DNA of 64,000 bases from Pelomonas sp. Root1237 (GCF_001425055.1 NZ_LMDK01000012.1:335337-399336), one strand, 5' to 3'. Positions 43,116 through 52,219 are shown, counted from the first letter of the stretch. Made by a program: numbers and translations. The notes: generated by a model not told the origin, from the letters alone.

Positions 43116-43480
43116 TGCGTGCGCTGCTGGCACTCGTGCTGACCGCCAGCGCGCATGCCGGCGACGTCGAGCGTGGCCGGGCGCTGGTGGCCGACCGCAC
43201 GCAGAGCCTGTGCCTGCTGTGCCATGCGCTGACGGCCTCAGGAGATGCCAACCAGGGCAATCTAGCGCCGCCGCTGGATGCAGTGGCGACGCGTTTGAAT
43301 GCGCAGGGCCTGCGCGATCGCATCGCCGACATGCGGCGCTTCAACCCGTCCACGGTCATGCCGCCCTTCCGCTCGACGGAGGGGCTGCGCGATGTGGCGC
43401 CCGCCTGGGCGGGCCGGGCGGCGCTGACCGAGCAGCAGCTCGACGACATCGTGGCCTATCTCGGCACGCTCGCGAAATGA
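43115..43480 (+). CDS. soxX: SoxX-like monoheme c-type cytochrome
   Basis: Signal peptide, the single heme motif CLLCH, and a C-terminus ...QQLDDIVAYLGTLAK typical of SoxX. The start overlaps the Mo-subunit stop (TGATG). Confidence 0.6.
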   Translation: MRALLALVLTASAHAGDVERGRALVADRTQSLCLLCHALTASGDANQGNLAPPLDAVATRLNAQGLRDRIADMRRFNPSTVMPPFRSTEGLRDVAPAWAGRAALTEQQLDDIVAYLGTLAK

Positions 43481-43887
43481 AGCGGCGCGAGTTCACGCTG
43501 GCCGCCGCGGCGCTTGCGCTGCTGCCGGAGGCTCGCGCGTCCGACGAAGTCATGCGTGCAGCCATCCGTGCCTGGGCCGGTCGCGACCCCGAGCCCGGCG
43601 TGCTGAAGATCGAGATGGCCGAGCTGGTGGAGAACGGCAATGCGGTGCCGGTGCGTGTGGCCGCCAGCGAGGCTGTCGTGGGCCTGGCGCTGTTCACGCC
43701 GCTCAACCCCGAGCCCGAGGTCGTGCATGTCGCCTTTGGCGCCAACAGCGACAGGCCCGAGTTCAGCACCCGCATGCGCCTGGCGCGCAGCCAGCGCATC
43801 GTCGCCGTCGCCAAGGCAGCCGATGGGCGCTGCTGGCAGAGCGGAGTCGATGTCATCGTGACCTTGGCCGCCTGCGTGGAGCCCTGA
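43477..43887 (+). CDS. SoxY-like carrier protein with a TAT signal and the C-terminal arm ...TLAACVEP instead of canonical GGCGG
   Basis: Starts MKRREFTL... (twin-arginine) on a SoxY-like Ig fold and ends in AACVEP. ATGA overlap with soxX. The ORF track lists 43480, but the ATG is at 43477-43479. Confidence 0.6.
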   Translation: MKRREFTLAAAALALLPEARASDEVMRAAIRAWAGRDPEPGVLKIEMAELVENGNAVPVRVAASEAVVGLALFTPLNPEPEVVHVAFGANSDRPEFSTRMRLARSQRIVAVAKAADGRCWQSGVDVIVTLAACVEP

Positions 43888-44210
43888 TGGCGACGCGCGC
43901 TGTCATCACCCTGCCTGCTGCCATCAAGGCCGGTGAGCCTTTCGAGGTGCGCGTGACCGTCGCCCATGCGATGGAGACCGGCTACCGCAGCAGCGATGAG
44001 GGTGCTCGCTTGCCGCGCGACCTCGTGCGCCGTTTTGAATGCCGGCTCGACGGCGAATTGGTCTTCGCCGCCGAGTTGTTCGCTGCTGTCTCGGCCAATC
44101 CCTATCTCGCCTTCTGGCTGCGTGCTGGCAAGCCCGGCGAGCTGAGCTTTGTCTGGCGTGGCGACAACGACTTCGAGCACCGCGAGACGCGGCCGCTGAC
44201 CCTCACGTGA
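43887..44210 (+). CDS. soxZ: SoxZ-like protein
   Basis: 107 aa with no signal peptide, as expected for a SoxY-piggyback partner. Overlaps on both sides (ATGA upstream, GTGA downstream). Confidence 0.6.
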   Translation: MATRAVITLPAAIKAGEPFEVRVTVAHAMETGYRSSDEGARLPRDLVRRFECRLDGELVFAAELFAAVSANPYLAFWLRAGKPGELSFVWRGDNDFEHRETRPLTLT

Positions 44211-44932
44211 GAACGGTCTGGCTGCTGCTCTGCATCGCGCTCACGGCCCACGCCGACGAGCGCCGCTCCGGCCGCGACACCATGAGCCCGGCCCTGCGCA
44301 CGCTGCAGGCCGACGACGCGCAGCATCCCGCCCAGCTCGCGCTGGCGCTTGGCAAGGAGCTTTGGAGCCAAGGCCCCAAGTCCTGCACGAGCTGCCATGG
44401 CGAGCCCGAGAAGCTGCGCGGCGTTGCGACGCGCTATCCCGCCTGGGACCAAGGCATGCTCGACCTGCCCGGGCGCATCCAGCGCTGCCGCGTGCGCCAG
44501 CAGCAGCAGCCGGCTTGGCCACCAGAGGCCGAGCCCCTGCTGGCGCTGGCGGCCCTCGTCGCTCAGCAGTCGCGCGGCATGCCGCTGGTGCCTCAGCGTG
44601 GCCCTGAAATGGAGAAGGCAGCGCAGCAAGGCCAGCGCTTTTACTCAACCCGCATTGGCGCGCTCAATCTCTCCTGCGCCCAATGCCATGACGAGCGCGC
44701 CGGCCTGCGCCTGGGCGGCAGCCTGATTCCCCAGGCCCATGTCGACGACTACCCGGTCTACCGCCTCGAATGGCAGTCCCTGGGCAGCCTGCAGCGCCGC
44801 CTGCGTGGCTGCCTGAGCGGCGTGCGCGCGACAGTGTGGGACTGGGACAGCGCCGAACTGCTGGCGCTGGAGGTGTATCTGTCGCGCCGCTCGGCTGGCA
44901 TGGCGATGCAGCCGCCGGGTGTGCGCCCCTAA
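44207..44932 (+). CDS. soxA: SoxA-like diheme c-type cytochrome
   Basis: GTG start; signal peptide VRTVWLLLCIALTAHA; two heme motifs (CTSCH, CAQCH); and RRLRGC, consistent with the SoxA Cys ligand context. Confidence 0.6.
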   Translation: MRTVWLLLCIALTAHADERRSGRDTMSPALRTLQADDAQHPAQLALALGKELWSQGPKSCTSCHGEPEKLRGVATRYPAWDQGMLDLPGRIQRCRVRQQQQPAWPPEAEPLLALAALVAQQSRGMPLVPQRGPEMEKAAQQGQRFYSTRIGALNLSCAQCHDERAGLRLGGSLIPQAHVDDYPVYRLEWQSLGSLQRRLRGCLSGVRATVWDWDSAELLALEVYLSRRSAGMAMQPPGVRP

Positions 44933-44976
44933 CAAGCAGGGTGACTGTTACACCGCGTCCTTCCTAGTATGGGGCC

Positions 44977-45774
44977 ATGGCAGTCACGACAACAAGGCGC
45001 GAACCGACACTGGAGCGTCTGCGGCTGTCGGTGGGCGAAGCGCTGGTTTTCATCGACCTGGCCAGTGGCGACCTCATCACGACGGGTCTGCGCTGCAGCC
45101 TGGTGCAGCGTGGCGGTGGCCGGCTGCTCGGTCGTTCGGTCGTCACGCCGTCGGGCCTGCATGTGTGGCCGGACCTGCCCGAGCGCTGGCGCCAACCGCA
45201 GGAGGGCGTCTGTGCCGACGTGCTGGTGCGCGATGAACTGCAGCGTTTCCAGCCCCTGAACCTGCCCTGGCCGCTGCCGGTCCGACCGGTGGGCCAGATC
45301 CTCAGTGACCGGGTGCTGGGAGGCATGCGCATGATGCGGGTGGGCTTGCTCAGCGCACCGACACGCAGGCCGCCGCCGGGTGTCTGCAGCGTCTACGGTC
45401 TGCTCACCTGGCAGGGCGACGGCGAGCCGGCGGCCTGGGCCCGCGTGTGCCTGATCGATGGCGAAGGCCGTGTGCACGAAGGCGCGAGCGATGCTGAGGG
45501 CAGGCTGGCCTTGCATCTGCCGCCGCCTCGCCCGGGCGGCGTCGGAGCGACAGTGCTGCAGGTCTTCGCCGATCCGGCGCTGGGCTTGGCTTCAATGGGC
45601 TTGGGCGCGCCCGATGTGATGGCCTTCGCCGACCAGCCGGCGGTGGTCGCGCTGGCCGACGTCGAAGGGCAGGCGGCTTTTGTGCCGGGCGTCGTGGCGG
45701 CGCACGAGCCCCTCATCCTCGCCAGTCATGGCCTGCCGCCCGCGCATCGCGAGCTGCGCCTGGTGCCTGTCTGA
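44977..45774 (+). CDS. Hypothetical protein with a carboxypeptidase-regulatory-like (transthyretin-like beta-sandwich) motif
   Basis: High GC3. VCLIDGEGRVHEGASDAEGRLALHLPP resembles the CarboxypepD_reg domain. It lies directly downstream of soxA. Confidence 0.4.
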   Translation: MAVTTTRREPTLERLRLSVGEALVFIDLASGDLITTGLRCSLVQRGGGRLLGRSVVTPSGLHVWPDLPERWRQPQEGVCADVLVRDELQRFQPLNLPWPLPVRPVGQILSDRVLGGMRMMRVGLLSAPTRRPPPGVCSVYGLLTWQGDGEPAAWARVCLIDGEGRVHEGASDAEGRLALHLPPPRPGGVGATVLQVFADPALGLASMGLGAPDVMAFADQPAVVALADVEGQAAFVPGVVAAHEPLILASHGLPPAHRELRLVPV

Positions 45775-45783
45775 CGCCGCGCT

Positions 45784-46476
45784 TCAGCGCTGTTCCAGCT
45801 GGCGCTTGCCGAACAGCACCTCGCGCGCCTTGTCGTCGGTCAGCGGCTTGCGCGCACCGGCCAGCACCTCCACGCCACGCTGCACGGCCGGGCGCTTGGC
45901 GATCTCGTCGAACCAGCCTTTCAGATGCGGGTAGTCGCCCATCTCCACGCCCTGGTTCTTCCAGGAGCGCAGCCACGGGAAGACGGCGATGTCGGCAATG
46001 CTGTAGTCCGGCCCACCGAGATAGGTGGCATGGGCCAGGCGCTTGTTGATGACGCTGTACAGGCGCTTGGCCTCGTTGGTGTAGCGATCGATGGCGTAGT
46101 CGATCTTCTCGGGCGCGTAGATGCGGAAGTGATGCGCCTGGCCCAGCATGGGCCCGACGCCGCCCATCTGGAACATCAGCCACTGCAGCACCTCGTATTT
46201 GCCACGCACGTCGGCGGGCAGGAACTTGCCCGTCTTGCCAGCCAGGTAGAGCAGGATGGCACCGCTCTCGAACAGCGAGATGGGCTGGCCGCCGGGGCCG
46301 TCGGGGTCGGTGATCGCGGGGATTTTGTTGTTGGGACTGATGGCGAGGAAGTCGGGTGCGAACTGCTCACCGGCGCCGATGTCCACGGGATGCACCCGGT
46401 AGGCGAGGCGGCACTCCTCCAGCATGATGTGCACCTTGTGGCCGTTGGGCGTGGGCCATGAATACACTTCAATCAT
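45784..46476 (-). CDS. Glutathione S-transferase (Nu-class, YfcG/YghU-like)
   Basis: Starts MIEVYSWPTPNGHKVHIMLEE and carries FESGAILLYLAGKTGKFLP. Confidence 0.85.
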   Translation of the reverse strand: MIEVYSWPTPNGHKVHIMLEECRLAYRVHPVDIGAGEQFAPDFLAISPNNKIPAITDPDGPGGQPISLFESGAILLYLAGKTGKFLPADVRGKYEVLQWLMFQMGGVGPMLGQAHHFRIYAPEKIDYAIDRYTNEAKRLYSVINKRLAHATYLGGPDYSIADIAVFPWLRSWKNQGVEMGDYPHLKGWFDEIAKRPAVQRGVEVLAGARKPLTDDKAREVLFGKRQLEQR

Positions 46477-46537
46477 TCGTCGCCTCCATGCGGTGTGCCT
46501 AGCAAGCAGGCCCCATTCTCAGACTTCCTCACGACTC

Positions 46538-47275
46538 ATGGTGGTAAAGCAAGTCAAGCACTGGCTCGTGACGCGCGCCAACGCGTCGCGCTGGCGTCCG
46601 ATCGAGGACTGGGCCGAGGCACGCGGGGCCGGATTCACGCAGACGCGGGACGGGTTGGGCTTCCTCGTCGAGCAGCCCAAGGCGTCGCCGGGGCCGCTGC
46701 GCATCGAATGGGGTGTGTCGCAGCGCAGCTATCTGCCTGGCTTTGAGCTGCGCATGCGCTGTGAGATGGGCCTGCACCATGACCTGCAGATGATGGTGCT
46801 GTGCCGGGCGCTGATGGAGAACCTTGAGCGTGCTGTCTTCGAGGCCTACACCGACACGCTCAAGACCCGCGTCGATACCGACACGCCGGAAGAGATGCGC
46901 TGGCTGGTGATGTTCCCCAAGTTCAACAACGCCGCTTCGCAGATGCTGCGCCAACGCTATGGGATCGTCGGCGTGACCAAGGATCTGACCGGCGCGTGGA
47001 TCGAGGGCGAACTCAGCGAAGCCCTGGTTCAGGCCAGCCAGGACCTGCTGCCCGAAGGCCATCCCTTCGTGCTGATGGCGATGCGCGGCAACCTCTACCT
47101 GCGCACCGAGATGAGCGAGGCCGACCTGCCCAGGCTGCAGGCCCTGGTGAAGCTGCTGGAAGTCGCAGCGCGTGAGGCGCAGCGCGTGAACGGGCGGCTG
47201 TCGGACAGCGGGGCCTGGCCGACGACGACGTCCATCGCCTGGACGCCCTCGACGCGCCCGGGGGATGTGACCTGA
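46538..47275 (+). CDS. Hypothetical protein
   Basis: 245 aa with high GC3 and no recognised family. Confidence 0.45.
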   Translation: MVVKQVKHWLVTRANASRWRPIEDWAEARGAGFTQTRDGLGFLVEQPKASPGPLRIEWGVSQRSYLPGFELRMRCEMGLHHDLQMMVLCRALMENLERAVFEAYTDTLKTRVDTDTPEEMRWLVMFPKFNNAASQMLRQRYGIVGVTKDLTGAWIEGELSEALVQASQDLLPEGHPFVLMAMRGNLYLRTEMSEADLPRLQALVKLLEVAAREAQRVNGRLSDSGAWPTTTSIAWTPSTRPGDVT

Positions 47276-47505
47276 TGCGCACGAGTTGCGGGTCGAGCGC
47301 TGGGCCGCTCCCGAGCCGGCCCGCCATGGCGATGTGCTTGCCGGTCAATCCGGCGAGCATCGCCGTCCCCTCGGGGGCTGAGGCCGGACACATGGCGCCC
47401 AGTGGGCGGCATGCGCCTGCCGAAGAGCTGCGGCACTGCCGCAGCGCGGTCTGCAAGACCGACCAGGTTCGCGCGCGTTCAGCGTTGCGAAACTGGGCGA
47501 GGGGC

Positions 47506-48603
47506 TCACGCTTTCACCGCGAAGCTCCAAGCTAGATCCGCTAGCGGTCGGGCGCTTTTGGCCGTCTCCCTGGCCTGGTCGCTGGAGGCCGTGCCGTCCA
47601 CCACGCGTTTGGCAATGCCCTGCACGATGGCCGCGATGCGGAACATGTTGTAGGCCATGTAGAAGTTCCAGTCGGCCATCACGGTGCCGGCGTCCCCACG
47701 GCCGGTGCGCTCGAAGTAACGCTGTACATACTCGCGCTCGCTCGGGATGCCCAGTTCCACGAGGTTCTTGCCGCCCAGGCCGCGCGCGGCGCCCGAGGTC
47801 TGGATGTGCCAGCTCATGCAGTGGTAGCTGAAGTCGGCCAGCGGATGGCCGAGCGTCGAAAGCTCCCAGTCCAGCACGGCGATGATGCGAGGCTCGCTGG
47901 GGTGGAAGACGACGTTGTCCATGCGGTAGTCGCCATGGACGATGGCCACCTCGCTCTCGTCGCGGGCCGAGGCCGGGATGTGGGCCGGCAGCCAGGCCAG
48001 CAGCGAATCCATCGCCGGGTTGGGCTCGGTGACGGAGGCCAGGTATTGCTTGCTCCAGCGGCCGATCTGACGCTCGAAGTAAATCCCCGGCTTGCCGTAG
48101 GCCGCGAGGCCCACGGCCTTGAAGTCGACCTGGTGCAGGGCCGCGATGACCCGGTTCATCTCGTCGTAATGGGCGGCGCGCTCGGCATTGGTCATGCCGG
48201 GCAGGCTCTGGTCCCACAGCACGCGGCCGGGCATGAAGGACATGACGTAGAAGGCGCGGCCGATGACGGCCTCGTCCTCGCACAGCGCGTACATGGCGGG
48301 CACTGGCACGTCGGTGCCGGCAAGAGCCCCCATGACCTGGAATTCACGCTCGATGGCATGGGCCGACGGCAGCAGCTTGGCCACGGGGGCGGGCTTGCTG
48401 CGCATCACGTATTGCGCCCCCGGCGTCTTCAGCAGATAGGTCGGGTTGGACTGGCCGCCCTTGAACTGCTCGATGGTGAGCGGCCCGACAAAGCCGTCGA
48501 CGTGCGCGGCCAGCCAGGCTTCGAGAGCCGTGGTGTCCAGGGCTTGGGCAAGGGGACGGGTGCCGGTGAATGCTTCCATGGATGTCTGGGTAGAGAACGC
48601 CAA
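47506..48603 (-). CDS. Phosphotransferase-family protein (APH/ChoK-like kinase fold)
   Basis: HGDYRMDNVVF catalytic loop and a DWE motif. Confidence 0.8.
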   Translation of the reverse strand: MAFSTQTSMEAFTGTRPLAQALDTTALEAWLAAHVDGFVGPLTIEQFKGGQSNPTYLLKTPGAQYVMRSKPAPVAKLLPSAHAIEREFQVMGALAGTDVPVPAMYALCEDEAVIGRAFYVMSFMPGRVLWDQSLPGMTNAERAAHYDEMNRVIAALHQVDFKAVGLAAYGKPGIYFERQIGRWSKQYLASVTEPNPAMDSLLAWLPAHIPASARDESEVAIVHGDYRMDNVVFHPSEPRIIAVLDWELSTLGHPLADFSYHCMSWHIQTSGAARGLGGKNLVELGIPSEREYVQRYFERTGRGDAGTVMADWNFYMAYNMFRIAAIVQGIAKRVVDGTASSDQARETAKSARPLADLAWSFAVKA

Positions 48604-48655
48604 CTGTCCATTCTGCGAGTCGAGGCCCGGCTGCCGTGTCTCCTCGGCGCCAGCC

Positions 48656-49360
48656 TTATCGGGATGCGGCTGCTAGCAGCTTCTCGCGGCTGAGCACGAC
48701 CAGGCGGGTCGGCTCGACGCGCACCGCGCCTTCGCGTTCGAAAGCCTTGAGCTCCTGGTTGACGCGCTGGCGCGAGGCGCCGAGCAACTGGGCGAGGTCT
48801 TCCTGGGCCAGTTGCAAACCGATGCGGATCTCGTCGCCCTCCTGCACGCCATAGGAGCGCGCCAGCAGCAGTACCTGCTTGGCCAGGCGGGCGGCCAGTG
48901 GGCGCGTGTTGAGGTCCTCGATCATGTCGAACATCAGCCGCAGCCGGCGGCAGTTCAGCCGCAGCAAGGCGTCATAGAGCTCGGAGTGGGCCTGCAACAG
49001 CGCGCGGAAATCGGACTTGCGCACGCACAGCAGCGTCGTCTCGCCGTGCGCATAGGCGTCGTGGGTGCGGGGCAGGCCGTCGAAGAGGGCGATATCGCCG
49101 AACCACGTGCCTGGCTCGACATAGGTCAGCGAGATCTGCTTGCCGGCCAGGGACACCGAGCTGACGCGCACGGCGCCCTTGGCCACGGCCGACCACTCCT
49201 CGGCAGGCTCGCCGCGGTGGGACAGCATGGTCTCGTCGGGCAGGCGGCGCACGAAGGCGCGCTGCAGGATGTCGTTGCGCAGGGTCTCGGAGAGCTTGGA
49301 GAACCAGGCGCCCTGATCGATCTGCTGGCGTTCGGCGGGGGTGAGGCTGAGTGCGTTCAT
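48656..49360 (-). CDS. Crp/Fnr-family transcriptional regulator
   Basis: A cNMP-binding domain and C-terminal HTH (QEDLAQLLGASRQRVNQELKAFE). The start is MNALSLTPAE at 49360. Confidence 0.8.
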   Translation of the reverse strand: MNALSLTPAERQQIDQGAWFSKLSETLRNDILQRAFVRRLPDETMLSHRGEPAEEWSAVAKGAVRVSSVSLAGKQISLTYVEPGTWFGDIALFDGLPRTHDAYAHGETTLLCVRKSDFRALLQAHSELYDALLRLNCRRLRLMFDMIEDLNTRPLAARLAKQVLLLARSYGVQEGDEIRIGLQLAQEDLAQLLGASRQRVNQELKAFEREGAVRVEPTRLVVLSREKLLAAASR

Positions 49361-49486
49361 GGTCTGGGGGCATTGTGCCGCCCGCGGTTCCCTGGGAATG
49401 GGGCCGTTGGCGAGGTGGCCCCATGCTAGAGTGATCCGCGCCGTCTTCACCCCCTCGTTCAACCGATAGCTAGCCGCCCGCAGTCA

Positions 49487-51193
49487 ATGCCCTTCACGGC
49501 CTTGCGCCCGACCTTGCTGGGTGCTCTCACACCCACTTTGGCACTGCTGCTTGGCCTGGCGCCAGACGCCCAGGCTCTGGGCCTGGGACGGCCGCAAATT
49601 CATTCTGCCCTCGGCAAACCGCTGGACGCCAGCATTCCGCTGACGCTGGCGGATGGTGAACGACTGACCGATTCCTGCGTGCGCGCCGAGGTCTCCGCTG
49701 GCGATGCGCGGGTGCCGGCTGGGCTGTTGCAAATGCGTGTCGAGGGTGAGCCCGGCCAGCAACGTATTCGCCTGCAGAGCCTGGCGCGCATCGACGAGCC
49801 GGCCTTGCGCATCACGCTGGCCTTGGGCTGCCCGCTGCGGCTGACGCGCGAGTTCAATGCTTTCGTCGACCCTGCGGCCGATGCCGCCACAGTGCCGGCA
49901 CCGCCCGCACCTGCGGCGCCGCCGGTGGTCGCCCCGCCGACGAGCGTGATGGCCGAGGCATCGCCCGCACCGGCGCCAGGCCCGGTGGCACGGCAAAAAG
50001 CCCGCTCCAAGCCGCGCGCCAGTGGCCCACGCCTGGTGCTGGAACGGCCTGAGGTGCTGGTGGCCGAAGCGCCGCGGCCCGTCCAGCCTGCCGCCAGCGC
50101 GCCCGAGATGGAGCTCACGCCCGAGCTGGAAGCCCAGATCGCTCAGCTTGAGCAGACCGTGGCCCAGCTGCGCGCCGACCTGGAGGCACGGCTGCTGGCC
50201 GAAGCCGCCGCGGCCTCGGCGGTGGCCATACCGCCGGCCTCCGCACCGGCCGTGGCACCGCCGCCCGTGGCGGTGCGCAGCGCACATGCCTCGCCCTATC
50301 GCGACCCCATGACCTGGGTGCTGACGTTGGGGCTGAGCCTGCTGGCGGGCTCGGCGGCTTTCTATTTCAGCCGCTGGCGCGATCAACGGGCCCGCCGCGA
50401 GCTTGCCTATTGGCGTGCCCTGCATGCCGCCGAAGGGGCCGGCCTGCCGGCGGTGCTGCCACAACACTCGCCGGGCATGGCGCCGCCTGTCGTCGGCCAA
50501 GCCGCGGCGCTGCCGGACGAAGGCCAGCACCAGGTCACGCGGCCACAGCCTCGACCGATGGCGTGGCCGCCGGCGCCCATTGCATCACCGCCACCACCCG
50601 CTGTCGCACCGCCCGCGATGGACATGCAGGCGACCATGCGTCTGCCGGTCCAGGCCGCGGCCGCGCCGGTGCTGTCCAACGAGCTGACCGTGGCGGACGA
50701 GCTGCTGGACCTGCAGCAACAGGTCGATTTCCTGCAGCTGCTCGGCCAGCAAGAAGCGGCGGCCGACCTGCTGGCCACGCGGTTGGCGCGTGGCAATGCC
50801 GGCGCCATGCCCTATCTGATGCTGATGGAGCTCTGCCAGCAGCGCGGTGAGCCCGAGGTATTCGCTGAGCTCGTCAAGCAGTTCGAGCAGCGTTTCCGGG
50901 TGCTGGCGCCGCAGTGGTCGCAGAGCCTGGCGCGTGGCCGCAGCCTGGATGCCAGCCCCAGCGTCATCGCTCATCTGCAGGTCGTCTGGCCTGAACCGGG
51001 CACCGCTTTGCAGATGCTGCAGGACCTGCTCGCCCGCGGCGGCGGACCGGGCGTGCCGAGCTTCGAGCTGCCCGCCTACCGCGATCTGCTGACCCTCTAC
51101 AGCGTGGCGCGCGATCTCTTCGAGGCCGGCCTGCGCGGTGAGGAGGTGGACCTGATGCTGCCGATCGACTCCAGCTTCGGCCGCCAGTCCTGA
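49487..51193 (+). CDS. FimV-like protein (FimV N-terminal-domain type) with a Pro/Ala-rich linker, a TM helix and a FimV-like C-terminal region
   Basis: Signal peptide then LGLGRPQIHSALGKPLDASIPL, which resembles the FimV N-terminal motif. Low-complexity PAPAAPP repeats and a single TM follow, and the C-terminus is DLLATRLARGNAGAMPYLMLMEL. Confidence 0.55.
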   Translation: MPFTALRPTLLGALTPTLALLLGLAPDAQALGLGRPQIHSALGKPLDASIPLTLADGERLTDSCVRAEVSAGDARVPAGLLQMRVEGEPGQQRIRLQSLARIDEPALRITLALGCPLRLTREFNAFVDPAADAATVPAPPAPAAPPVVAPPTSVMAEASPAPAPGPVARQKARSKPRASGPRLVLERPEVLVAEAPRPVQPAASAPEMELTPELEAQIAQLEQTVAQLRADLEARLLAEAAAASAVAIPPASAPAVAPPPVAVRSAHASPYRDPMTWVLTLGLSLLAGSAAFYFSRWRDQRARRELAYWRALHAAEGAGLPAVLPQHSPGMAPPVVGQAAALPDEGQHQVTRPQPRPMAWPPAPIASPPPPAVAPPAMDMQATMRLPVQAAAAPVLSNELTVADELLDLQQQVDFLQLLGQQEAAADLLATRLARGNAGAMPYLMLMELCQQRGEPEVFAELVKQFEQRFRVLAPQWSQSLARGRSLDASPSVIAHLQVVWPEPGTALQMLQDLLARGGGPGVPSFELPAYRDLLTLYSVARDLFEAGLRGEEVDLMLPIDSSFGRQS

Positions 51194-51274
51194 GGCCTGA
51201 GGCCTGCCAGCTTGCATGCTGGCAGTCCTTCATTGGGCGTCAAACAGGCCGCAGGGCCTGTTCTCGGTCCCAAC

Positions 51275-52219
51275 TCAGATCCCGAAGTCGGTCGAGTCGC
51301 CGTTCATGGCCTTCTCGATGAGCTTGCGTGACAGTCGTTCGGACAGCAGTTCGGCAAAGGCGTACACGTAGTTGCGCAGATAGGCGCCGCGTTTGAAGGC
51401 GATGCGCGTCACGTTGCTGCCCAGCAGCGTGCCCAGTGGCCGCGCGACCAGGTCGCTGTTGGCAGGCTCCTCGCGCATGGCCATTTCGGCCACGATGCCC
51501 ACGCCCATGCCCAGGCGCACATAAGTCTTGATGACGTCGGAGTCGATGGCCTCCAGCACCACATTGGGCGTCAGATGACGCGAGGCGAAGGCCTTGTCGA
51601 CGCGGGTGCGGCCCGTGAAGCTGGGGTGGTAGGACACCAGCGGCTCGCCAGCGAGCTGTTCCAGGCTGACGCGCTCGACGCTGGCCAGTGGATGGTCGCG
51701 CGGCACGACCATGACGTGCTGCCACTCATAGCAGGGCAGGGTGACAAGCTCCGGGTACTGGGCCAGGGACTCGGTGGCCAGTCCCAGGTCGGCGGTCTCG
51801 TCGAGCAGCATTTTGGCGACCTGGTCCGGGCTGCCCTGGTGCAGGCTGATGCGCAGCTGTGGCAGGTTCTTGCGCAGCTGGGCCACCGGCGCGGGCAGCA
51901 CATAGCGGGCCTGGGTGTGGGTCGTCGCGATGGAGAAGGTGCCGCTGTCCTGGCGCGAATACTCCTCGCCGATGCGCTTCAGATTGCCGACTTCGCGCAG
52001 GATGATCTCGATGCAGGCCAGCACCTGCTGGCCCGGTTCGGTGATGCGGCGCAGCCGCTTGCCGTGGCGCGAGAAGATGTCCACGCCCAATTCCTCCTCG
52101 AGCTCGAGGATGGCCTTGGACACGCCCGGCTGGGAGGTGAACAGCGCCTTGGCTGTCTCGGTCAGGTTGAGGTTGCGGCGGGCCGCTTCCTGGACGAAGC
52201 GGAATTGATGCAGGTTCAT
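51275..52219 (-). CDS. cysB: LysR-family regulator CysB
   Basis: Begins MNLHQFRFVQEAARRNLNLTETAKALFTSQPGVSKAILELEEELG, close to E. coli CysB. Confidence 0.85.
   Translation of the reverse strand: MNLHQFRFVQEAARRNLNLTETAKALFTSQPGVSKAILELEEELGVDIFSRHGKRLRRITEPGQQVLACIEIILREVGNLKRIGEEYSRQDSGTFSIATTHTQARYVLPAPVAQLRKNLPQLRISLHQGSPDQVAKMLLDETADLGLATESLAQYPELVTLPCYEWQHVMVVPRDHPLASVERVSLEQLAGEPLVSYHPSFTGRTRVDKAFASRHLTPNVVLEAIDSDVIKTYVRLGMGVGIVAEMAMREEPANSDLVARPLGTLLGSNVTRIAFKRGAYLRNYVYAFAELLSERLSRKLIEKAMNGDSTDFGI

Noticed and set aside
40803-43133. A 776-aa minus-strand ORF antisense to the plus-strand Mo-subunit gene. Similar cases: 37254-39005, 37907-39055 and 36122-37696, which are antisense or out-of-frame to the other Mo subunit; 6512-8233, 11301-12395, 12836-14206, 14903-16015, 17412-18809, 21033-22331, 26206-27006, 27327-28325, 28660-29703, 32805-34259, 49484-50530 and 62246-63571.
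   Set aside because: All overlap confidently identified genes on the opposite strand or in another frame. The products are Arg/Pro/Gly/Ala-rich and have no motifs. They are high-GC artifacts.
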